Assembly: GCF_964355755.1 (NCBI RefSeq)
Contig: NC_092680.1
Span: 19,725,045 to 19,789,044, forward strand
DNA from: Antedon mediterranea
Taxonomy: Eukaryota > Animalia > Echinodermata
DNA: 64,000 nucleotides
Direction: 5' to 3'
Shown in pieces: positions 9,392 through 21,300 of the stretch (the stretch's first letter is position 1; each line of letters begins with the position of its first letter). The notes below the pieces were generated by a model. That model did no database searches and was not told the origin of the DNA. It saw nothing but the letters and a program-made list of their open reading frames with translations. Position numbers and translations under genes: made by a program.

Positions 9392-12300
9392 AGTTGCAGA
9401 AATATGTTGAAGAATTCTGTTATGTCAGATGAGGTAACATAGAAAACAATTTCTTGGTAGTTAGTTGGTGGAAAGTAAAGCAATTCCCAACAAGCTTGTT
9501 GAACCACATACTGTATGTATCATATGTGATAAAATATGAACATTGTTCATGATGTGTTGGCTAGCAAGTATTGGGCAAGCTAAATGTAAAGATAACTATC
9601 CCATTACAGTTTCTAATTCAAAGTAATATTTTGTTGAAATCAATAGATTTTTTTTGCGAATAGTTTATTATTTATTTATTCTTAGAACAATTAGTAGACC
9701 ATGATTTATTACTTCTGTACAACGTAACTTCTTCAGTTAGCACAGCAGGAAACTCTTTTCAAATTATGTACCCAGTCCTTATCATGTACACAGGACCAAT
9801 GACCTTACATCCGAAGGATGGGTAATGGCAGTATCTTGCCTAAGGATATAAGCATTATGCCACAGATATATGATTATTACAAATTTTAAACCAGCAGTTT
9901 TATTTGCATCCTACAGGACATATCAGAAGCACTGTGCTCAATAATTCTTCTAGAAGACAGTTCACCAAGACAAGTCTTCAAGGAATTTCTGTTAGCTAGA
10001 AAGGTAGAATACAGATGTATTGTTTTACTAGGAGCTTTCGATTCGTAACAACCTAGGAACTAGTTATGTTATTTTATGCAATTGTAGGGACATTGAGACA
10101 TGTTTCTCTAGGTTCAGATGAAGATCAGCGACACAATATGCTTAGGTTCATCGCAGCAGCTCCCTAAATATGAAATTTAGTAATTTTCTATCAACATTTC
10201 ATTAACATTACTTTGAATGTTTGCCATTTCAAAATAAAAGTTTTAAAGTACTGGTGAGAATGGCACATTAGCAAGAGGTGTATTATATTGAAGCATAGCA
10301 ATAATATATTTCAATAGAATTTGAAAATAATTGTAATTATTTGTTACTTTTACTATTTTATTATTGTTTTGTTTTCAGACAGCAGTACAACAATGCTTTC
10401 AAACAGCACAACATGGTATGTGGTAAATTGGTTATGAATTTTTATTGTATATTGCTACTTCACAAATAATCATGATCATTATTATGATGATGATATACCC
10501 GCATGAGGGACGATATTTTACGCCTTACGCATACGTGACTATTTCTCACGCATCCATAAAAATATTCAGAAAAACTATTATTTTGAAATTAGCTTGCCTA
10601 TTTTGAAGGGAAATGGTCTAAGACTGCACATTATTTAATTAATTTGAGCATAATTAGGCTAGGCCTATGTTTGTTTGTATGTTTTAGTTAATGTAGTACA
10701 GGAAAGCCAACTCAATTTGGTGAAAGATCAAACATAGAGGGCGTATTTTGCGATTATTTTGAGTTCAAATAACACAGAATGCGCTATATACAATTTTAAT
10801 TTAATGTCTCACGCATTGGCTACTGAAAAAGTTGGCAGGTATATGATAATACTATCACCATGTTGGTGCAGCACCTGCTGTTTCTTTGGCCTAGAATATG
10901 AAAAAAGCTCAGATGATGAAACTTTATGATTTGCATATTCCAGGTGCAAGTATCAAGCAGCAGGTGTGTAATGTGGTGCAACTGATCTCAACCACCATAC
11001 AGCAAATTTATACAATATTCTACAGTGATCAAGATGACAAATCAGAGAAGCCAACAGATTTAAAGAACCACAATGATTCTTCTAAATCAGATCTTCTTCT
11101 GAAAACTCTCAACTCTGTAACTACACTACCACAAAATGGTAAAGGAATGATAGATAGATTTATCCAGAATATTAAGTGTAATTTGTTTACTTGATGTAAC
11201 CGTTTCCTTAGTGTCGGGAGGGGCTACGCCACTCCTCTCACAAACGAGTCTAGTACCAGTTTCTGTCACCTGGGTGGGAAGGAACAAGGTGGATAAAGAA
11301 TCTTGCTCAAGGACTCAACACTGCAGGAACCGGACCGCAACCTCTGAACTGTGAACCCAATGCTCTAACCTACTTCCCTTAAGTGCTCCTTCACACTATA
11401 CATCAGAAATTAGATTCAATAATATGCAGCATAATTGCTAGTACTACACTCAGTAATTATTTATAATAAATATTTATAATTGTGTTATTTATAGTTTGCT
11501 TCAAAATTATCTGTATGTTGGTGCTAGTGGTGACAAAGCATGTTTACTGAATTCATAAGATGGTTCTGCTGTTATTTTATTCTTTGTTTTTTGTTTTTTT
11601 TTGTTTACTTTGATTTACTTATTTAGACGCAGAGCACTTGTTAGCTAAAGAGCTGAGTGGATCATTTGTTAAACACCTACCAACATCAATAACAGGTAAA
11701 ACATATTTCTTTAGTTATGTCTTTATTACAAATTTAAAAATGAGACTAGTTGACTCTATTCGCAGTAAATCGTCTACTAGCTTCTAATGCTGAAGAGTAT
11801 TTTTCTGTAAAAATTCTTGAAAATTTCAAATGTAAATGTCTACAAATGGCTCGAACCATGCTAGTCCGATTATCGATTATACCTTCACTCTCCGGTACAT
11901 ACTGCACCTTACGCAATACCCAGATGATCTCCCAAAATTCAACTCAAGGTTGCTTAACTTTTGACATCTGACAAGATGGTTGGAGACTGAATTTATGTCA
12001 AAATGTACAGCAGTAAAATATGATGTAGTTATAAGAATAATAATAAGAATATGTAATAATATATGAATAATATTTTCAAGTTGGGAACTGAAGATTTTGG
12101 GTTAAAAATGTCGAGGTATTTTAGTACATTAATACTTTTATTCTTGTGATCAGGGTTTTGTCCAAGTCTGCGTACAGCTGCTGTAGCAATATCAGCCAAG
12201 CATTTACATCAGAGTGTTGACGAATGGATTGAAACGTGTGTACAAGATGTCCACACTGGAGTTGGTAGACTGTTCAACTACATCAACACCATCAAAGGCT

Positions 12301-15300
12301 TGACGGCCATCCGTGATGCATTGTGGGAATTACTCACACAGGTATGATTTGAATTAAATTGATTACTTTAGGAACATTTTTCAGATGATCGTATTGAGTC
12401 GGGAAGCTTGACATAATTTTGTTTCAATTTTTTTTTATCTCAAAATCCAATAGCTGTTCATGCCGTTTATACCTCCCTGATTTGTTATTAGGGACATTAC
12501 GAAACAGGATGGGAAGCCACAGGATGGTGCTCATGAATAATTTATGCATGAGCTTTAACAAAGTGGGCGGAGCTTAGCATGAAATTCTGTCTTAAATTTT
12601 TTAGGACGATTAAGTTTCCAGCAAACACAGGATGTCCGTAGTCCTCCCTATTACTATAAATTATACAGCTTAGTCTGTGTATGTGATAATAAGTCTTTGT
12701 GAGCTTGTATTTATTATTAAATAAAGTTGTTTGTTATTTTAGGATGAAGATGTGGTCGACTGGAAGGTAGCATGTAAACATATTATGAGCCAACCATTGT
12801 CTCTATGGGGAGAATTCATTAGGCCACTATTCCTAAACAGAGCTCAGGTAACCGCCTTTTCAAGTATCGTATTATATCCAGATCACAATTTGTCGTATTT
12901 TGTGTTCTATTTTTTCTACTACTCAATGGCTTGGTATTACAGTGTCTATTCAATTCAATTTATTCCAGATTTTACAAAACAAACAATAATACATACATCA
13001 CACACACACACACACCCTACAGCGAACTCAATAGGAATACATATATGCTATACTGTATCTCTGCTGCTAGAATATTGTTGAAATAGGATTTTTTGGTAAA
13101 CCTGTTATACCACCCTCTAGGTATATTTGCCATAGAAAGTTGCAAGGCAAGGCAGTGAATGTGTTAATTAAACATTGTGGTTGTGTTCAAATTAAAAAAT
13201 TGTTTTTCCTGTCAGGCTATTTTACAAGATGACCTGGATAAAACTACCAGCACTATACAAACTGCCACCAATCAGGTAATACAGGAGATCAACTCGAATC
13301 CAGATGAAAGAGACATCGCAGCCTTTGTGTGGACAGAGTCTGTTAATGATATGCCAAATACAGCAGTCTGGACCGGAGCAACACAGAAGGCTGATGCCGG
13401 TGGTCTGTACATGAAGACTAGAGCGTTTACAAATCAAGTACAAAAGTAAGAGGATCAATATTTTTAGTAATCAGATGTACTAGGTTCTTTAAAGGCCACA
13501 CAAGTATTTTGTATACAATGACTTATATTATATTCTTTATCCAGGATTGATTTTTTAGCTACTGTGAGTGAGTGGCCGAGCAGTTAAGACAGTGGAACCG
13601 TAATTAGCACAGGTTTGAGGCTCACTCGCTTCATGGTTCTGGTGGTAGAACGAGTCTTCTCGGATAAGGAATATAAACTGTAGGTCCAGTGTACACATCT
13701 AGCTCATGGTGCACTTTAAAGAACCTAGTACATCTTTTGAGACGAGTAGGGGGTTACTCCGGTGTACTAGCAGATCACAGCCACTGATCATAACTGGGCC
13801 CACTGGGAGACCAGTCTTTGACTGAAGAGGTCACCCAGTATAAATAAAATATTTTAATTCAATCATTACAATTTTATTTTGTATGTAGTCTGTGCTCAGT
13901 ATTTAACACACAACTACAAAAACTCCTTGAAGACTTGTCCAGTTATACACAGCAGCAAGTAGACAAGAAAGATACCAAACACCAAGTCACTAGCTCTACA
14001 GGGGTGCCATTTGACCGTTATGCTGACACAGAAACACTTCATAGCTTCCTCCAAATAGCATGTATCAAATGTGTTCATAGGTTTGTTTCTGTTCCTCATT
14101 TTTACCTTGCATAATTATAATAATATATAATTATTATTGCATATTTGTGTGCATTAATAATCTTTCATTGTCAATGTATTTGCGGGCGCATGTGTGTGTG
14201 CGCTGTAATGTTTTGGATGAGTTTAATTGAGGCCTTCCATTTATTTGTGAGAAGGCTATGACATGAATCGGACCTCATATACTGTACCATCCTTTGATAG
14301 AGACATAGTTGCATTGATGCCACAAGTGCATTGACTATGTATTTATGTTCAAACAAAGTACATACAACATCTTAACAAATAAATTTAATCTTGTTAGAAT
14401 TATAGAACATATGAGTTTACATCTAGAGACTTGTCAAAAACACCTGGCTGAGAAAAAGCAACTTCCAGAAGACTGTACCATTATTGTTGACAGGTAAGTT
14501 AAAATGAACTGGTCAGAAATGTTATATTTAATATATGTACTTAGTAATTTATAGGAAATTTACATTGATTAGCGAAGTCACAATTTACTGCTGATAATAC
14601 AATATAATAACAAAGTAAAAGGACAGCAAAACTGCAAACCATTTTTGAGTTTCAATCTGTAGGTCTTAGACAGGTAGAATTGAATGCAAGCAAAAATAAT
14701 AATATCCTTTATGCAGGTGCTTGGCCCTTGGAAGAATATGTCAAGCAGTGACTGAGTTGGCTCCAAATCTACAAGTATGTGTTACCATTGCAGAACAAAA
14801 GAACAAAAAACAAAGACAATCAAGGTATACATTTTCATCACTTCTCTCTGGCAGTTTATAACTCTTCGAATGGTCACAAACCCCTGGGGTTTTTTCTGGA
14901 GATCACTGCGGAGTTTTGATGTGAAAGGGTTTATTTTTTAATATAAATAATATTTGGAAAAATATACATTACTTTTTGTATAGTGCTTACATTTCCATGT
15001 ATTATATTATTTTGTATTATTGTTCTATAATATTTAGGACCCCAGCTAAGTCCTCATGGTTCTCAAGAAGCAAGCCAGCCCCGGTAAGCACACCTCATTT
15101 ACTACAATAACACTAGTAGCATAAGGATAGTAAAGGCCAATTTACAGAAACAAAAATATAGAATCTATTTTATTCTTGTGACAATTTACACATAACGCTG
15201 TGCGGTGAGCGGAAACTCATACCCAGTACCGTTTTGATTTCACGATCATTCGGGAAACCACCTCACGACATAGATACAGATTCTACGTGGTATACATGGT

Positions 15301-18300
15301 TTTCCGCTTACCATTACAACTTGTGTAAATTGGCCTTAAACAGTAAAAAAAAAAACACAGAATATATTGGTAGGAATGTTACCTTAAAAAAAAGATGATA
15401 ATGTTTGTAAATTGTAGAAATGCCAAAGTGCAACCAAGGTATGTTATATTTAAATATATATTTTATAGACTGTAGAAGTGACAGAGTGGAACCAAGTTAA
15501 GAAATTACTGCAAGACAAAAGTCAAGAAGCTTTTAGGTAGGTTGTGTAGAGTGCAGTGTCTATGTCATCACTATATAAATTAAACAAACTTATTATCATT
15601 ACAGGCTTGTAACAAAGTTGGCAATTCCCAAAAATGTATGAAAACCATTAATGCAAGAAAAATTGATGTTACTTCAACCACAATCTCGTTAAAATGTATT
15701 GCACAAAAAGTTGCTTTTTAATGATGTCATTAATACAAATATTAGAAATACTGATATTATTTTATTGTCCATAGTAATTTAAAATGGAAATACATTTGAA
15801 ACTGGCATGAAATATAACAAAAATAGATATACTTATCAAATTCAGAAGATTACAACAAAATACACAAAAATACTTACAAAAAAAATAAATAAATAAAAAT
15901 ACTTAATGTGTATCTGTTTTCTATGCTTAATTGTGTTTTAAAATGTTTTTCTTTGCACAGTATATGGGGTGATTATACAGCGCAGGCATTCTTGGATGAT
16001 TATCAGACTGCTGTGTTAAAGTGTACACCAGCTACTCTTCTAGCAGCATGTACAGTAAGTCATGCATCACACATGGGGGGGGGGGAGGGTTCATGTATCA
16101 TGCATGGAAGAGTCATGCATCATGCATGGCAGAGTCATGCATCATACATGGAGGGGTCATGCATCATGCATGGAAGAGTCATGCATCATGCATGGAGGGG
16201 TCATGCATCATGCATGGAAGAGTCATGCATCATGCATGGAAGAGTCATGCATCATCCATAGAAGAGTCATGCATCATACATGCAGGGTCATGTATGGAGG
16301 GTTCATGCATCATGCATGGAAGAGTCATGCATCATGCATGGAAGAGTCATGCATCATGCATGGAGGGGTCATGCATCATGCATGGAAGAGTCATGCATCA
16401 TACATGCAGGTTCATGTATGGAGGGTTCATGTATCATGCATGGAAGAGTCATGCATCATGCATGGAGGTGTCATGCATCATGCATGGAAGAGTCATGCAT
16501 CATACATGCAGGGTCATGTATGGAGGGGTCATGTATCATGCATGGAGGGGTCATGTATCACACAAGGAGGGTTCATGCATCACACTTGGAGGGTTCATGC
16601 ATCACACTTGGAGGGTTCATGCATCACACTTGGAGGGTTCATGCATCACACTTGGAGGGGTCATGCATCACACTTGGAGGGTTCATGCATCACACAAGGA
16701 GGGTTCATGCATCACACTTGGAGGGTTCATGCATCACACTTGGAGGGTTCATGCATTACACTTGGAGGGTTCATGCATTACACTTGGAGGGTTCATGCAT
16801 TACACTTGGAGGGGTCATGCATTACACTTGGAGGGTTCATGCATTACACTTGGAGGGTTCATGCATTACACATGGAGGGTTCATGCATTACACTTGGAGG
16901 GTTCATGCATCACACTTGGAGGGTTCATGCATCACACTTGGAGGGGTCATGCATCACACTTGGAGGGTTCATGCATCACACAAGGAGGGTTCATGCATCA
17001 CACTTGGAGGGTTCATGCATCACACTTGGAGGGTTCATGCATCACACTTGGAGGGTTCATGCATTACACTTGGAGGGTTCATGCATTACACTTGGAGGGG
17101 TCATGCATCACACTTGGAGGGTTCATGCATCACACTTGGAGGGTTCATGCATTACACTTGGAGGGTTCATGCATCACACATGGAGGGTTCATGCATCACA
17201 CTTGGAGGGTTCATGCATTACACTTGGAGGGTTCATGCATCACACTTGGAGGGTTCATGCATTACACTTGGAGGGTTCATGCATCACACATGGAGGGTTC
17301 ATGCATCACACTTGGAGGGTTCATGCATCACACTTGGAGGGTTCATGCATTACACTTGGAGGGTTCATGCATCACACTTGGAGGGTTCATGCATTACACT
17401 TGGAGGGTTCATGCATCACACATGGAGGGTTCATGCATCACACTTGGAGGGTTCATGCATTACACTTGGAGGGTTCATGCATCACACTTGGAGGGTTCAT
17501 GCATTACACTTGGAGGGTTCATGCATTACACTTGGAGGGTTCATGCATCACACATGGAGGGTTCATGCATCACACTTGGAGGGTTCATGCATCACACTTG
17601 GAGGGTTCATGCATCACACTTGGAGGGTTCATGCATCACACTTGGAGGGTTCATGCATTACACTTGGAGGGTTCATGCATTACACTTGGAGGGTTCATGC
17701 ATCACACTTGGAGGGGTCATGCATCACACTTGGAGGGTTCATGCATCACACTTGGAGGGTTCATGCATTACACTTGGAGGGTTCATGCATCACACTTGGA
17801 GGGTTCATGCATCACACTTGGAGGGTTCATGCATCACACATGGAGGGTTCATCCATCACACAAGGAGGGTTCATGCATCACACTTGGAGGGTTCATGCAT
17901 CACACTTGGAGGGTTCATGCATCACACTTGGAGGGTTCATGCATCACACTTGGAGGGTTCATGCATCACACATGGAGGGGTCATGCATCACACTTGGAGG
18001 GGTCATGCATCACACATGGAGGGTTCATGCATCACACTTGGAGGGTTCATGCATCACACTTGGAGGGTTCATGCATCACACATGGAGGGGTCATGCATCA
18101 CACTTGGAGGGTTCATGCATCACACTTGGAGGGTTCATGCATCACACATGGAGTGGTCATGCATCACACTTGGAGGGTTCATGCATCACACATGGAGGGT
18201 TCATGCATCACACATGGAGGGTTCATGCATCACACATGGAGGGTTCATGCATCACACATGGAGGGTTCATGCATCACACTTGGAGGGTTCATGCATCACA

Positions 18301-21300
18301 CTTGGAGGGTTCATGCATCACACTTGGAGGGTTCATGCATCACACTTGGAGGGTTCATGCATCACACATGGAGGGTTCATGCATCACACATGGAGGGTTC
18401 ATGCATCACGCATGGAGGGTTCATGCATCACGCATGGAGGGTTCATGCATCACGCATGGAGGGTTCATGCATCACGCATGGAGGGTTCATGCATCACGCA
18501 TGGAAGGTTCATGCATCACGCATGGAGGGTTCATGCATCACGCATGGAGGGTTCATGCATCACGCATGGAGGGTTCATGCATCACACATGGAGGGTTCAT
18601 GCATCACACATGGAGGGTTCATGCATCACACATGGAGGGGTCATGCATCACACATGGAGGGTTCATGCATCACACATGGAGGGTTCATGCATCACACATG
18701 GAGGGTTCATGCATCATACTTGGAGGGTTCATGCATCACACTTGGAGGGTTCATGCATCACACTTGGAGGGTTCATGCATCACACTTGGAGGGGTCATGC
18801 ATCACACATGGAGGGTTCATGCATCACACATGGAGGGTTCATGCATCACACATGGAGGGTTCATGCATCACACTTGGAGGGTTCATGCATCACACTTGGA
18901 GGTGTCATGCATCACACTTGGAGGTGTCATGCATCACACATGGAGGTGTCATGCATCACACTTGGAGGGTTCATGCATCACACTTGGAGGTGTCATGCAT
19001 CACACTTGGAGGTGTCATGCATCACACATGGAGGGTTCATGCATCACACTTGGAGGGTTCATGCATCATGCATGGAGAGCCTTATGTATGGGGAATATAC
19101 ATCAAATATAGAGGTTATTCATGACATGAATTTTTGTAGAGATTCAAGTAAGTATGTCACAATTAGCTGATACCAAATATTATAAATTTAATTTAGCAAT
19201 GGGCAGCGGTTGACATAGAAGAAGAAACTGAAGAAGGCAAGAAGATTAGCTCCAAGATAAGGCTTCCTGTCCAGGTTAGTGAGAATGTTCATAATGATAT
19301 CAATGACAAGTCACATCTAATGTCCTTTAGTGCACATATATTAGCTCCAAGTGTGAATGTATTTACTACATGAAACAATATTGTAGGGAGCTTTTGATTT
19401 GTACGACCTATGACCTATGACTTACACATATTGTGTAGTGGGTCATCACTTGGATGTAGAATCCACAATTGTATTGATTGAGGAAACATATACCCAATGT
19501 CCCCGTATGCGCACATTGAATTAACACGACATAAATAGTACATATCAAGGTTGTCTAGTAAGTTGTCGCAAATTAAAAAGTCCTTATCATAAACAATGCT
19601 TTTACTAGAGCAGACTATGTTTATTATATGTAAATAATTGAATCATATTACTGACATATTTTAATAATTAATGCTATAAACTTTTCTTTCTTACTTTATC
19701 TGAAGGCTGTTTACAAAATTGAGCATTTAAGCTGTTGAATTATTTCATATATACACAGTATATATCGTATTGTTCTTACTTTCAGTGTTCTTGGTATGTG
19801 CAATCACTCTTGTTTGAGTTGTGCTCAGAAATCAACCGAGTTGGTGGACACGCCCTTTCCAGGTTTGTATTATTCCATACAGGTCTACAGTTATTTATTA
19901 TTTTGATATGAGTGTGTGATTGTGAGAACCTTAAGGAGTAACTATTCATTCGTTTATTTTAGATTTTATATCATAATCCAGAGCTATGCTCGACGCGATT
20001 ATGAGGTCATGTGAGTGAGTGAGTGAGTGGCCGAGCGGTTAAGACAGTGGAACCGTAATTACGTAGCCATAACATCGGCAGGGGTTCGAGGCTCACTCAC
20101 TCCATGGTTCTGGTGGTAGAACGAGTCTTCTCGGATAAGGACTATAAACCATAGGTCCAGTGTACACAACCTGCTCGTGTGCACTTTAAAGAACCTAGTA
20201 CATCTTTCGAGACGAGTAGAGGGTTACCCCGGTGTATTAGTACATCACAGCCACTGATCACCAACTGGGCCCTCTGGGAGATCAGTCTTTGACTGAAGAG
20301 GCCACCCAGTATAAAGATAAAACAAACAAACAAACAAAGTTCCGAATATGAGCACTGTTTCAATCATTTGATAGTATTATTATATAATTTACACAGTGGT
20401 ACACTACATTATCATAAAGAAAAGTAAATGTACATTTCCACTTTAATAAGTGTCTCCCCAAAAAGGGGTGTCCTAAAGCGAGTCATATGGCCGAGCGGTT
20501 AAGGCAGGGGCGCCGTTTACCGTACCTAAAGAGCCAACAACATCGGCAAGGGTTCGAGGCCGACTCGCTCCTAGTTCTGGTGGTGGAACAAGTCTTCTCG
20601 GATAAGGACTATAAACCGTAGGTCCAGTGTACACAGTTATAACCTGTGTGTACTTTAAAGAACTCGGTTCATTATTCGAAAAGAGTAGGGGGTTACCCCG
20701 GTGAACTGGTTCACATAATAGCCCCTGTACCTGGGGGATTAGCCCCTGTATCTGGGGGATTACCACCTATCTGATAGGACAGTGATTAATTCACTATTGG
20801 TAATCCTTGGCCACATTGCCAAAAGACATATATAATAAAAAAAATTAAATAAGTAGGTGTTCTATTACACCAAATCAAATGTGAAAAATTCAAAATCTCT
20901 GCCAAGCGATATGCGTGTAGAAAACGAAACATTGATTTGCCGGTACGGAACCGGAACCGTGCTGGAACAGGTGTGAAAGACCCTTAAATCCAAAGATAAG
21001 AAGCACTGTGTTTCCTCAATGCTCAAAAAAAGGGGTATTGAAATTGCATTAAAGCAATTAGCGAATTCACTTTACAAACACAAATACATAATTTAACTTT
21101 GTGTTTTCAGAATTACTATTTGTAAACTGGTACAGAGCGTTACTGGCGGTATTATGAATACCTACAAAGAATTGCTAACGTCAAAAGAATTAGGAGTTCA
21201 GTTGTCACAGCCTAGAGTGATACAGCTGCTATTTGATCTAAGATTTGTATATGAAATTATGTCCGGAAGAGGAGATGATAAAAAGGTAATCATTACTTTA

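Noticed and set aside
15418-15438. Possible 21-nt in-frame COG1 micro-exon (tag|KCQSATK|gtatgt)
   Set aside because: Would need a 30-nt downstream intron, implausibly short; read-through hits TAA; COG1 splices in frame without it.
16060-19077. CRISPR-like regular repeat
   Set aside because: No unique spacers, no cas genes, eukaryotic context.
16021-19170. Three 940-1050-aa His-rich ORFs
   Set aside because: Product of a stop-free 22-bp minisatellite inside a COG1 intron; not called as genes.
20020-20105. tRNA gene
   Set aside because: A/B boxes belong to SINE heads that continue into a shared core and tail; no complete cloverleaf.
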